Shown here: piece after piece, positions 17,894 to 26,956 of the stretch
Layout: each line of letters begins with the position of its first letter
How positions within the stretch are numbered: the stretch's first letter is position 1
Assembly: GCA_036679605.1 (NCBI GenBank)
Contig: JAZDCZ010000398.1
Coordinates: forward strand, 1 to 64,000
Reading direction: 5' to 3'
Length of the DNA: 64,000 nucleotides
Source of the DNA: Gemmatimonadota bacterium
Lineage (GTDB): Bacteria > Gemmatimonadota > Gemmatimonadetes > Gemmatimonadales > GWC2-71-9
Notes under the pieces: model-generated
Told to the model about the DNA's origin: nothing
Databases searched by the model: none
Seen by the model: the letters and a program-made list of their open reading frames with translations, nothing else
Translations under genes and position numbers: made by a program

Positions 17894-19579
17894 ATGAGTC
17901 CTTTTCTGGCGATAGTAACTGCTTTGTGTATTGCGGTGCCTACCGGCACCTTGTTTGCACAGACATCGCGCAAGCCGCTCATAGCTTTCGACAAGTACCA
18001 TAGCCTCGAAGAGATCGAGTCGTACCTCGATGCGATCACGACCCAACACTCAGCGCTCACGACGCTACTCGAGATCGGACGCAGCCGCATGGGCCGACCG
18101 ATGTTTGCGGTGGAGATCAACAATCCTGAGACTGGTCCGGCCGATCAGAAGCCGGGGTTTTACGTGGACGGGAACATCCACGGTGGTGAGGTCTTAGGCG
18201 GAGAGGGCGCACTGTATTTCATCGATTACCTACTCGACCATTACGGAACCAACCCAGATATTACGTCACTGATCGACACGCGGTCGTTCTATGTCGTACC
18301 GATCGTCAATCCGGACGGACGCGCCATTTCGGTAGACAGCCCCGAGAATCATCGTTGGAACGTTCGGCCCGTGGACGAGGACGGCGACGGTGCACTCGAT
18401 GAAGATCCCCCCGAAGATTTGGACGGCGACGGGCGCATCCTGCAGATGCGAGTGCCGAATTCCGAGGGCCGCTGGAAGATTTCACCGGACGATCCTCGCA
18501 TGATGGTTCGGAGAAGGAGAGGGGAATCCGGCGGAACGTATTTCGATATGTTCACTGAGGGGATCGACAACGACGGCGATGGCTCGTACAACGAGGACCG
18601 TGTAGGCGGAGTCGATCTGAATCGTAACTTTCCGGCGAACTGGGATCCGGCACAGTTCGCGTCTGGTCCGTATCCGCTTTCGGAACCGGAAACCCACGCC
18701 CTCGTCGAGTATATCACATCGCGTCCCAACATCGCGGCGATCCACACGTTTCATACCAGTGGCGGACTTCTGCTGCGCTTTCCAACTCTCTTCGATCAGA
18801 ACTGGGAGTTCCCGCAAGCCGACCTCGAAGACTATCGTGCGATCGCCGAGGACGGCGTAGAGATTACAGGCTACTCGAACTACGCGTATTCGAAACAAGA
18901 GATAGTAGACCTCATGCATCCCGGCCATGGTGTCTTCAATGATTGGGGCTCCAAGGTATTCGGTGTGCTTGCAATGACGACGGAAATGTGGCAGCACGGC
19001 ACCATGGGTGACCGTGAGTCGCAATTCAGATGGAACGATGAAGTCCTAGATGGAAAAGGATTCATCAACTGGTATCCCTTCGACCACCCACAACTCGGCG
19101 CTATTGAATTGGGCGGGTGGGATCGTTGGTCGATAGCGAGCCCGCCCGAGCAAATGATCGCGGCCGAACTCGACCGCAACGTCAGATGGGTGGTGACCTT
19201 CGCCGAAAAGTTGCCGCAAGTCGCGATTCTCGACTACTCGGCAAAATCCCGGCAGGATATATCGAATACCTTTGATCTTAGTGCCACCATTGCCAACGTC
19301 GGCTGGATGCCGACGGCGACTACCCACGCCAAGGAACTTCTCAAAATTGCCAAGCCCGTGCGCGTCACACTGTCACTTGTGAACGCTGAGCTACTGAACG
19401 GAGATATGGAGCACACGCTGGGAGTGCTGCCCGGAGCCCGGGAGAGTGGTCCCCACAAACGCAAAATCGCTTGGCACGTTCGGTTGCTCGATCCGATGCG
19501 CTCCGCCGAGGCTGTTGTCACGGTGTGGTCGCAGAAGGCTGGACAGGTTACCAAGCGGGTTGAGCTGACGCCGAGGTGA
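17894..19579 (+). CDS. Exported M14 zinc carboxypeptidase
   Basis: GNIHGGE, NPDG, GVDLNRNF, PLSEPET, HTFHT; acidic DxDGDG repeats; signal peptide. Confidence 0.88.
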   Translation: MSPFLAIVTALCIAVPTGTLFAQTSRKPLIAFDKYHSLEEIESYLDAITTQHSALTTLLEIGRSRMGRPMFAVEINNPETGPADQKPGFYVDGNIHGGEVLGGEGALYFIDYLLDHYGTNPDITSLIDTRSFYVVPIVNPDGRAISVDSPENHRWNVRPVDEDGDGALDEDPPEDLDGDGRILQMRVPNSEGRWKISPDDPRMMVRRRRGESGGTYFDMFTEGIDNDGDGSYNEDRVGGVDLNRNFPANWDPAQFASGPYPLSEPETHALVEYITSRPNIAAIHTFHTSGGLLLRFPTLFDQNWEFPQADLEDYRAIAEDGVEITGYSNYAYSKQEIVDLMHPGHGVFNDWGSKVFGVLAMTTEMWQHGTMGDRESQFRWNDEVLDGKGFINWYPFDHPQLGAIELGGWDRWSIASPPEQMIAAELDRNVRWVVTFAEKLPQVAILDYSAKSRQDISNTFDLSATIANVGWMPTATTHAKELLKIAKPVRVTLSLVNAELLNGDMEHTLGVLPGARESGPHKRKIAWHVRLLDPMRSAEAVVTVWSQKAGQVTKRVELTPR

Positions 19580-19634
19580 TTGTAGCAGTAGGGGCGACGC
19601 ATGCGTCACCCCTACTGCTCGTGGTCGTCCAACC

Positions 19635-19672
19635 TTGATCTATACCCTAAATGGCGGTATGTTTGTGGTATG
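19635..19672 (+). promoter_or_regulatory. Putative sigma70 promoter/operator of the MazEF-like operon
   Basis: TTGATC-17-TATGTT, ATG 6 nt later; ATACC...GGTAT inverted half-sites. Confidence 0.5.
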
Positions 19673-19900
19673 AAGATCAAAACTTCGATTACCCTGTCTA
19701 GTGGCACCGTTGAGGCCATTGATGAGATTGCGGGGCAACATTCTAACCGCTCTCGCGTCATCGAGCAGGCTGCGGTGGAATACGTTGAGCGCTACCGCCG
19801 CCGGCTCCGCGAAGCCAGAGATCTAGAGATTCTCAATCGCGCAGCCGAAGAGTTGAATCGAGAGACCGAAGACATTCTGGCCTACCAGAGCGAGCCATGA
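19670..19900 (+). CDS. Ribbon-helix-helix antitoxin
   Basis: [10 protein letters not shown]...NRSRVIEQA...[20 protein letters not shown] overlap with the toxin. Confidence 0.85.
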   Translation: MKIKTSITLSSGTVEAIDEIAGQHSNRSRVIEQAAVEYVERYRRRLREARDLEILNRAAEELNRETEDILAYQSEP

Positions 19901-20241
19901 AGCGTGGGGATCTCTACCGCGTCCGCCGACCCGGTAGCGGTGATCCCAAGAAAAGCCGTGTCTTCCTCATCGTGAGTCGCCAAACCCTGATCGACTCCCG
20001 GTTTTCCAGCGTCATTTGTGCACCTGTGTATACCCGTCGTGAGGGACTCGCCACTGAGATTCCCGTGGGGCCGGACGAGGGTCTGAAACACGAGTCGAGC
20101 ATCTTGTGCGACGCGCTCGTCAGCATTCCCAAATCTGCTCTCACCAATTTTATCGGTGGACTTTCGGCAGCTAAGCTCCGAGCGCTCAACGCGGCAATAA
20201 CTGTAGCCTTGGCTATCGAGGGAAACCCCACCGAACTCTAA
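19897..20241 (+). CDS. mazF: MazF/PemK family toxin
   Basis: MKRGDLYRV...[10 protein letters not shown]...SVICAPV...[11 protein letters not shown]. Confidence 0.88.
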   Translation: MKRGDLYRVRRPGSGDPKKSRVFLIVSRQTLIDSRFSSVICAPVYTRREGLATEIPVGPDEGLKHESSILCDALVSIPKSALTNFIGGLSAAKLRALNAAITVALAIEGNPTEL

Positions 20242-20268
20242 TGAGCATGCCGTAAAGGCCGCCGTTTT

Positions 20269-20486
20269 TCAGCGCGACGGCGTCAGCAGGTCGATAGCAG
20301 CGATCTCGGGTCCGACGAACGTCGGAGTCCCGTCAGGCACCTCGAGCACGGTACCGTTGAAGACGATCGCTTCCTCTACCGTGGGCCCGTCCCGGGCAAC
20401 CGGACCCGCACGCGCTGGTAGCCCATACCGGATTCGGGTTCGCGGGCGAGGCGTTCGGGCCAAGGTGGTTCGAGGGTTAGTTTCAT
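20269..20486 (-). pseudogene. Frameshifted small hypothetical protein (PESGMGYQ motif)
   Basis: MKLTLEPPWPERLAREPESGMGYQRVRVRL in one frame, continuing RDGPTVEEAIVFNGTVLEVP...DLLTPSR in another; shift near 20395. Confidence 0.5.
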
Positions 20487-20511
20487 TCGTTAGCTAGGTG
20501 GACCGGTTTGG

Positions 20512-20772
20512 CTACGGAAGGGGATCCAGCCTGCGGAGGGCGCGTCCGGCCTGTGCTTCTTCCCAGAGTTCGAGCAGCTTGCCCTCGCGCTGCGCACCCC
20601 ACTCGGCCACCAACCCCCTGGCTCGGGGTGGCAGGCTGCCCCTGATGATTGCCTGAGTTCGGATGTCGAACACGCCCTCGTGTTCCCCGTACTCGGCGTG
20701 AAAGTGAGGTGGCGCATGATCGTCGAAGAACATCTTGATCACGATGCCGTAGAACCGACAGATCTCAGGCAC
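20512..20772 (-). CDS. DUF4160 domain protein (HicA-like putative toxin)
   Basis: GTG start: PEICRFYGIVIKMFFDDHAPPHFHAEYG...LVAEW...ELWE...LDPL. Confidence 0.88.
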   Translation of the reverse strand: MPEICRFYGIVIKMFFDDHAPPHFHAEYGEHEGVFDIRTQAIIRGSLPPRARGLVAEWGAQREGKLLELWEEAQAGRALRRLDPLP

Positions 20773-21049
20773 GAGCGCCGGATTGCTGGAGCGCTGGGAA
20801 CACCTCTTCCGGGCGTTTCCCCGTGAGCTTGAGATACAGCGCATCGCCGCAGAGGTCCACTTCGGTTCCCCAGACGACCTCTCCGTGCTTCCCTAGACGA
20901 ACCGAGTCAAAACCGGGCTCATCATCCCACGCGTGGAACACACCCTTCCCGGCCTTGTCGGAGAGGTCGACCTCTCCTTCCGAACCATCCGAGTAGCGGA
21001 GCCACAACCGATACTTCCCCCGGGGTTCGACATCCGTCAGCTTGAACAT
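20765..21049 (-). CDS. DUF2442 domain protein (putative antitoxin)
   Basis: YRLWLRYSDGSEGEVDLS...GVF...VVW...DLCGDALY; AGGAGG RBS. Confidence 0.88.
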   Translation of the reverse strand: MFKLTDVEPRGKYRLWLRYSDGSEGEVDLSDKAGKGVFHAWDDEPGFDSVRLGKHGEVVWGTEVDLCGDALYLKLTGKRPEEVFPALQQSGARA

Positions 21050-21150
21050 TGGTTCCTCCTGCGTTCATTCTAATGCACTAGTACACCTGCCGCTCAATCT
21101 AGGATAGTGTGTGCGGCGTCCATCATCGAAACAACGCGCGCAGTGACGAG

Positions 21151-24100
21151 CTAACGCTTCGTCGCCTCCTCCACGATCCGGATGTCCTTGTCCGTAAGGC
21201 CGTAGAGTTCGTAGACGAGTTGGTCGATCTGGCGGTCGGTGGCATCGACTTGGCGCTGGACGACCGTTCTATCGTGTGCAGTGCTGGCAGACTGAAGCTC
21301 GATATTGGAGGCAAGAATTTTTTGCACGAGTTCGACCAACCGGTCGTGGATACTGACATCTGCTCGATCCGACTGATTGATTCGGCGGATTGGCACTTGC
21401 TGGAGGAACTGTGTGAAATACCGGAAGTATCCTCCTCGCAATACGGTGCTTACACTCTTCAGATACATATCGAGGAGCCTGCTGTTGAGGAGCCCAAGCA
21501 CGAACTCTGGAGATGCTCCGATGTTGTTTCGCAGTACGATGGCGTATCCGCTAGTGAAGGTGTACTTGCCCTCATCGTCGAGCGCAAAGGAAGCACCAGA
21601 GGCTATATCTGGAACAAGTATCTTTGGAAGGCGCATAACTTCGATGTTCTTGGGGTATACGTAGCCGTACCATCGCTTACCTCGCATTCTCCCGTTTTCA
21701 CGCGCTTCCAGCGCTGAGCGGTTGCGTGAGAGATAATGGTAGGTTTGCGGGAACGTCGTACGGAGTTTCGACTCACTAACGAGTTCAGCACCGTGTCGGG
21801 CTGTCCCGTAAGGCATTATGACAGCCTTGCCCGACGGTGACAGCAAGTATCGATTGATCTCTCTGCCGAGCAGGAACGGTCGTACCAATGTCGATTCGAG
21901 TTGGACCTGCCCATCAAGAGCCTTCGAATAAGCCTGCAGCAGTTCACCCGCCATTGCCACATCGTGCAGAACGTAGACGCCGTTGCTGCTAGTACGAATA
22001 CCTTGTGCTATTCTATCGGCGATGTCCCCCAACGTGGCAGAGGAGTCGCTCAGTTTCTTCAAGAGACCAGAAAGGTGATGGCTGGCAAGATTCCAAGAAG
22101 TAGATCCGAGAAAACCTGTTGGAACGGCATGTTCTTCGGCTTTTCGTGTGTTCTGCCACTCGTTCAGGTCCCTTACCACCTCCAGGTTGAGAGCCTTCTT
22201 GCCGTCTTTGCTCAAGAATAAAAGGCACGTATAGGTTGAGGCATCGGCAAAAACCTGTTGATCGCCGAAGTGGACGATCTTCTGGACATGCGCTCCCGCA
22301 GCGAGGAGTGTTCTGAGCGGCTCACCATATGCAGCATTCATGAACTTGTGGGGCATGATGAAGCCAAGGCCTCCACGCTCGCTCAGAAGGCCTAGGGCTC
22401 TCTCCACAAACACGACGTAGATGTCGTAGTTACCCTTTTTGGCCGACTCATAATGTGCTGAAAAGTAATCAGCCTGTTCTGGTGCCCACTGTCGCAAGTG
22501 CTGAATCCGCACATACGGCGGATTTCCAACCACCACATCGAACCCTGCGCTACGCCTCTGAAAAACAGATGGGAACTCGGCCTCCCAATCAAACACGTTG
22601 ATTCGATACCGCTCTTCCTCGTCCAACAACTCCATCTGCATGTCGTCGTAGAAATCCGGTCCGATCAGGCTGTTGCCGCACTTGATGTTGTTCCCGAGAT
22701 CCGGCAGCGCCCGCTCATGAAACAGTCTCAGCGTCGTCTGGATCGTCTCGTCCGACTCACCCTCCAACACCTTGAGCAGCAGTGACAGCTTCGTGACCTC
22801 GACCGCCTGAGCGTCGATATCCACGCCATAGACGTTGTTGAGCAGGATCCGCTTCTTCTCGGCGGTGGTGAGACGCCACTCGCCGCCCGGGCCCTCGTAG
22901 AGCTGTTTCTTGGAGCGGCCCGGCCCTTTCTCGACGTAATAGTCGCGGTGCCAGTTGAGCAGCCTCTGGTAGGCGCCGAGTAGGAACGAGCCGGAGCCGC
23001 ACGCCGGATCGAGAATCTTGAGCTTCTCCGCCTGCTTCGGGGTCTTCCCTTCGAGCAGCTTCCCCACCGTCTCCTCTATGATGTAGTCGACGATGTAGGT
23101 GGGTGTGTAGTAGACGCCGCCGGCCTTCTTAACCTCGGGCTTGTCCTCCACCACCGCACGGTGGCCCTTGGTGAGTCGAATCACCTTGCCCAGGAACTGT
23201 TCGTAGATCTGGCCCAGGATATCGGCCGGCAGGACGGAGAACTCGTACGGGCTGTCAGGATAGTAGAGGTGACCCAGGATCGGCTTCAGGACCTTGTCGT
23301 CCAGCGCCAGGCCCAGCGTCAGCTCGTCGGGTGGCGTGTCGCTGCCACGTTCCTTGCGGAAATGGAACAGGCCGGAGTTGTACCGCGCGTCTGCATGCTC
23401 GAAGAGTTCACACAGCCGGCTGTAGAGATTCCTTCCATTCAACAGCCCCTGGAGTCGTCCATAGTCCTCGATCCCGCGATCCTCACAGATGCGCAGGAAG
23501 ATGATGCGGTCGATGGTGCGTTGCACTGCGAAGTTCAGTTCGCGCTGTGTGAGATCGGGATTCCGCAGCGCGAAGTTACGGGCCAGCGTGTCACGCCATC
23601 CCTCGATCTCCTCGAGAAAAACGTCGTCCACCTCGGCGGTACCACGCTTCTTTCGGTTCGACTCGACGTACTTGTCGAACGAGCCCTTGAGCACGGCCTC
23701 GCGTGAGAAGACGCCCGCGATCTCGTCCCAGCGGTCTGGATACTCGTTGAACTCCAGGTAGTTGACCCGGGCGTTCGACGCCTTGTCACGGCGGTCGGGC
23801 TTCACCCGGCAGTCGTAGACCGCGAGTTCCTCGAAATCGGTCAGGATCGAGAGCGGCAACTTGGCCGACCACGCGTAGCGGCGGAGCTGGAAGGCGGGGT
23901 GGATGTCGCCCTTGATGTCGACCGAGGGCTTCTTGGCCTCGACGAAGAACTTGCGCACGCCGCCGATCCGGAACGCGTAGTCGGGCGCCTTGGTGAAACC
24001 CCCCACCTTCACCGCGTCCTCGTGCACCACATCCTTGTACGCCTCGGCGTAGCCCTGCTCGTTGTCCACGTCCCAACCGAGCGCCTTGAATAGTGGGTCC

Positions 24101-24207
24101 AGGAACTCACGCCGCACCTGGGTTTCGTTGTAGCGGCCGGAGCGATACGCGTCCCGGTGTTGGGCGAATCGCTCGACGAGATCGAGAACTTCAGAAGGTG
24201 CGGTCAT
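21151..24207 (-). CDS. Type IIG restriction-modification enzyme (endonuclease + N6-adenine MTase + TaqI-C-like TRD)
   Basis: NETQVRREFLDP, PDY..., VEAKKP; GVYYTP, LDPACGSGSFL, YGVDID, VGNPPY; C-terminal KILVPDI...LGLLNS...IDQLVYELYGL. Confidence 0.92.
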   Translation of the reverse strand: MTAPSEVLDLVERFAQHRDAYRSGRYNETQVRREFLDPLFKALGWDVDNEQGYAEAYKDVVHEDAVKVGGFTKAPDYAFRIGGVRKFFVEAKKPSVDIKGDIHPAFQLRRYAWSAKLPLSILTDFEELAVYDCRVKPDRRDKASNARVNYLEFNEYPDRWDEIAGVFSREAVLKGSFDKYVESNRKKRGTAEVDDVFLEEIEGWRDTLARNFALRNPDLTQRELNFAVQRTIDRIIFLRICEDRGIEDYGRLQGLLNGRNLYSRLCELFEHADARYNSGLFHFRKERGSDTPPDELTLGLALDDKVLKPILGHLYYPDSPYEFSVLPADILGQIYEQFLGKVIRLTKGHRAVVEDKPEVKKAGGVYYTPTYIVDYIIEETVGKLLEGKTPKQAEKLKILDPACGSGSFLLGAYQRLLNWHRDYYVEKGPGRSKKQLYEGPGGEWRLTTAEKKRILLNNVYGVDIDAQAVEVTKLSLLLKVLEGESDETIQTTLRLFHERALPDLGNNIKCGNSLIGPDFYDDMQMELLDEEERYRINVFDWEAEFPSVFQRRSAGFDVVVGNPPYVRIQHLRQWAPEQADYFSAHYESAKKGNYDIYVVFVERALGLLSERGGLGFIMPHKFMNAAYGEPLRTLLAAGAHVQKIVHFGDQQVFADASTYTCLLFLSKDGKKALNLEVVRDLNEWQNTRKAEEHAVPTGFLGSTSWNLASHHLSGLLKKLSDSSATLGDIADRIAQGIRTSSNGVYVLHDVAMAGELLQAYSKALDGQVQLESTLVRPFLLGREINRYLLSPSGKAVIMPYGTARHGAELVSESKLRTTFPQTYHYLSRNRSALEARENGRMRGKRWYGYVYPKNIEVMRLPKILVPDIASGASFALDDEGKYTFTSGYAIVLRNNIGASPEFVLGLLNSRLLDMYLKSVSTVLRGGYFRYFTQFLQQVPIRRINQSDRADVSIHDRLVELVQKILASNIELQSASTAHDRTVVQRQVDATDRQIDQLVYELYGLTDKDIRIVEEATKR

Positions 24208-24400
24208 GCAATCGGGTTATGGGTGGACACCTAAGCTATGTCCAACTCCGGGCGCATCATAGGGGGTATAGCGATGGTACGGTGATCGATTGAGAGACCA
24301 AAGCCGAGGGGGATCGAGTCGTTTTTCGCCAACCTATGGCGGGACGTTGGTCGGGAATGTAGATGTCAAGAAAGCTGGGTCCGCCCAGCCAGGTGTTGGT

Positions 24401-24709
24401 CTAGGCCCGAGCGCCGGTCTTCGAGCGAAGGTAGGCGAATGGGCTACCGTAGATGACGGTGGGAAGGTCGGCTTCGACAAACTGCCACAGCGGGCATGCC
24501 TCCCGGCCCCTGCCCAGCTCAGTGAGGGGGCACTGGCCGCTGGAGTCCTGGCATTGATCGACGCAGAATGTTCCTGCGCTGGATGCAACATTTTTCGAAC
24601 TTCGGGGTGCGAGAAACGCCAGCCCTTCGATATGTGAGATCACGAAGGTGAGCAGCAGGAATAGCGCAATGATTGCTAGAACTGCCGCCAATAAGGTGAC
24701 GGTCTGCAT
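24401..24709 (-). CDS. Small membrane-anchored Cys-rich hypothetical protein
   Basis: N-terminal TM helix; CVDQC...CPL...CPLWQFV; GGAGG RBS. Confidence 0.6.
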   Translation of the reverse strand: MQTVTLLAAVLAIIALFLLLTFVISHIEGLAFLAPRSSKNVASSAGTFCVDQCQDSSGQCPLTELGRGREACPLWQFVEADLPTVIYGSPFAYLRSKTGARA

Positions 24710-24777
24710 GAGAGCCTCCGGTATGCGCGTCTGTTGCAGCGTGCTCCGATGTGCATTAAGAGATGATGAAATTCGTG

Positions 24778-25242
24778 TTAAGGAACAGCCCGCGCTTCCT
24801 GGGCCCTCCGAGAGCCGCCGAACGTCCCGTCGTTACTACTGATTTTCGCGACAGATTCAGCGCTGTAAGCCGGACCGTTGTTCATGCCCGGGCACTCGTT
24901 CGCCTCCTCAGCCCAGCGCTCGGGACTACCCACTACTGAGCGCCACATTGGCCACGTCCGGCACTGACGGGGTCGGTGCGCGTACACGGTGCAGCCTGCC
25001 GTGCTCTCGTAGAAGATACATTCGAGGTTTGACTTGTCGCGAAGGCTCAGCTCATTGACGTTGACGCGGCGTGTGTAAACTCCGAGAAATTCCTCCTCCA
25101 GCATATCGAGATGCTTTGCGAGTACCGACGCTTCGTTCCGACTGATGCGTACGGTGCCGGGCGCACCGCCGCAGCAGTTGCCACAGCGTGTGCACTCGAA
25201 GCGCAGTCCCTTGCTATACCAATGCTGCCGACCCTGTTTCAC
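24778..25242 (-). CDS. YkgJ-family CxxCxxCC cysteine-cluster protein
   Basis: GTG overlapping the upstream stop; GLRFECTRCGNCC...CIF...CTVY..RP.QCRTWP...CPG. Confidence 0.88.
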   Translation of the reverse strand: MKQGRQHWYSKGLRFECTRCGNCCGGAPGTVRISRNEASVLAKHLDMLEEEFLGVYTRRVNVNELSLRDKSNLECIFYESTAGCTVYAHRPRQCRTWPMWRSVVGSPERWAEEANECPGMNNGPAYSAESVAKISSNDGTFGGSRRAQEARAVP

Positions 25243-26201
25243 GCGGTGCTGGGAGCGGCGTCCTCCAAGAAGACCGGGCTCACCTTTGGATGCCTGCTCC
25301 AAATCCGCGCACCCATGGTGGCCACCGCAAGCCCGTTCGCGATCAGTATCGCCCACCAACCGATCTCCTCTAGTACCCAACCGCTGGTAATTACTACTGT
25401 GCCGAAGAAGAGACTCTCCATCAGCACAAGCATCGTAACGGCCTGAAGCCAGAAAGCGGGAGCACGTGCGGTTCGATTAGCCAGCCAAACAAAAGCGATC
25501 CCAAGAAGTACGAATGCCACTATATGCAAGAACGAATATGCACCGATGATACCGGGGTTCAGCTGCACGTCGAGCGGACCTGCTGCCCCTAGCAAAATCG
25601 CGGATCCCAAAGCAGCTGGAGTGTGTAGCGGAGCATTCCCAACCATATCGACCAGCAGGAACCAGAGGGCGACAGCGCCTCCTCCCCAGAGACCTGTGAT
25701 TAGGCCGTCATACAACAGCGGGTGTTGTTTCAGTACGCCCCAGCCGAGGGGAGACTTGGCACCCTGTGCACGGTGCAGGTAGACCATCATCAACATGCCG
25801 CCGGCTAGGTTCGCTGCCAAGACATGAGCCACGGGAACCACCGTCAAGAGATTGGTTCCTGTGACCATCAATCCGGCGTAGTGCACGGCGTTCAAAACGC
25901 CAAGGCCGAACACAGCCCCAACCGTAAGCCCCGGATCCACATCGATCGTGCTCAGAAACCACACGCTGATCACTCCTAGCGATATGAAGATCCCGAAGTG
26001 GAGTATCGTGAAGACTGCGATGAGCCGTGGCCAGGGGCCCTGGAACTCTTCACCCAAGACGATACCGGCCAGACGGGCAGGCGTGTGGAACGGCTCGCCT
26101 GCTGCCAAATCTACGCCTAGAAACCAAGCCGTTACCACGGCTCCGGCGATGATCCCGCCAACAACACCGTGAACGACAAGATCAGGTCCGGGTCGCTGCA
26201 T
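25239..26201 (-). CDS. Polytopic membrane protein with internal duplication
   Basis: Two homologous halves: AVVTAWFLGVDLAAGEPFHTPARL..LH and AVALWFLLVDMVGNAPLHTPAAL..LH. Confidence 0.75.
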   Translation of the reverse strand: MQRPGPDLVVHGVVGGIIAGAVVTAWFLGVDLAAGEPFHTPARLAGIVLGEEFQGPWPRLIAVFTILHFGIFISLGVISVWFLSTIDVDPGLTVGAVFGLGVLNAVHYAGLMVTGTNLLTVVPVAHVLAANLAGGMLMMVYLHRAQGAKSPLGWGVLKQHPLLYDGLITGLWGGGAVALWFLLVDMVGNAPLHTPAALGSAILLGAAGPLDVQLNPGIIGAYSFLHIVAFVLLGIAFVWLANRTARAPAFWLQAVTMLVLMESLFFGTVVITSGWVLEEIGWWAILIANGLAVATMGARIWSRHPKVSPVFLEDAAPSTA

Positions 26202-26340
26202 GGGAGCTCCTCCTTGAGGGGGTGGAGGGATGCTTATTTCAGATAACAATGCAACTTGGCCAAAGGATCCACAAGGTTCGGGGATCCTGGCGTTGTTGGC
26301 GGGTTATGCTGTAAATTACGTCGTACGCACTGTCTAACCC

Positions 26341-26943
26341 GTGGTTTGCCCGGTGACTAAGGATAATAGCGCGACGACTCCCGTACGCGGCCCTACTGCC
26401 CGACTCAACGCCGAGGAGAAGCAGATCTTGCTTCGTCTGGCGCGGCAGACGCTAGAGGATTATCTGAGCCACGGCAAGGCTCCGAAACCCGATACGAGTT
26501 CACCGACACTACTGGAACATCGAGCCAGCTTTGTAACGCTCACCGAGCGGGATTCGGGCGAACTGCGAGGTTGCCGCGGGGAGTACCGTGCGTGTCAACC
26601 GTTGATAGAGTCGGTAGCGCAAATGTCAATCGCTTCCGCTACTGACGATCCACGTTTTCCTCCGGTCACGCTAGAGGAGCTGGGAGCGATCCGGGTCGAG
26701 ATCAACGTCCTCACTGAACCAGTATCGATACTACCGGATCAGATTGTGGTAGGCCGTCATGGACTGCTAATAAAAAGCGGATACCACTCGGGTTTGTTAC
26801 TTCCCGAAGTTCCGGTGCAATATGGTTGGAATAGGGAGGAGTTCCTTGTTTGGTTGTGCCGCAAGGCAGGACTCCCCGAGGACGGTTGGACTGGTCCAGA
26901 GGCCCAGCTTTTCGGCTTCGAAACGGAAGCATGGGGTGAGTAG
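26341..26943 (+). CDS. amrA: AmmeMemoRadiSam system protein A (AMMECR1 domain)
   Basis: LLRLAR, FVTL....LRGC.G, DPRFPPV, GLLLPEV, LCRKAGL. Confidence 0.9.
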   Translation: MVCPVTKDNSATTPVRGPTARLNAEEKQILLRLARQTLEDYLSHGKAPKPDTSSPTLLEHRASFVTLTERDSGELRGCRGEYRACQPLIESVAQMSIASATDDPRFPPVTLEELGAIRVEINVLTEPVSILPDQIVVGRHGLLIKSGYHSGLLLPEVPVQYGWNREEFLVWLCRKAGLPEDGWTGPEAQLFGFETEAWGE

Positions 26944-26956
26944 TGGATAGTAGGTT

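Noticed and set aside
24778..25380. 200-aa version of the YkgJ ORF
   Set aside because: The extension overlaps the upstream gene; GTG at 25242 coupled to its stop is more plausible
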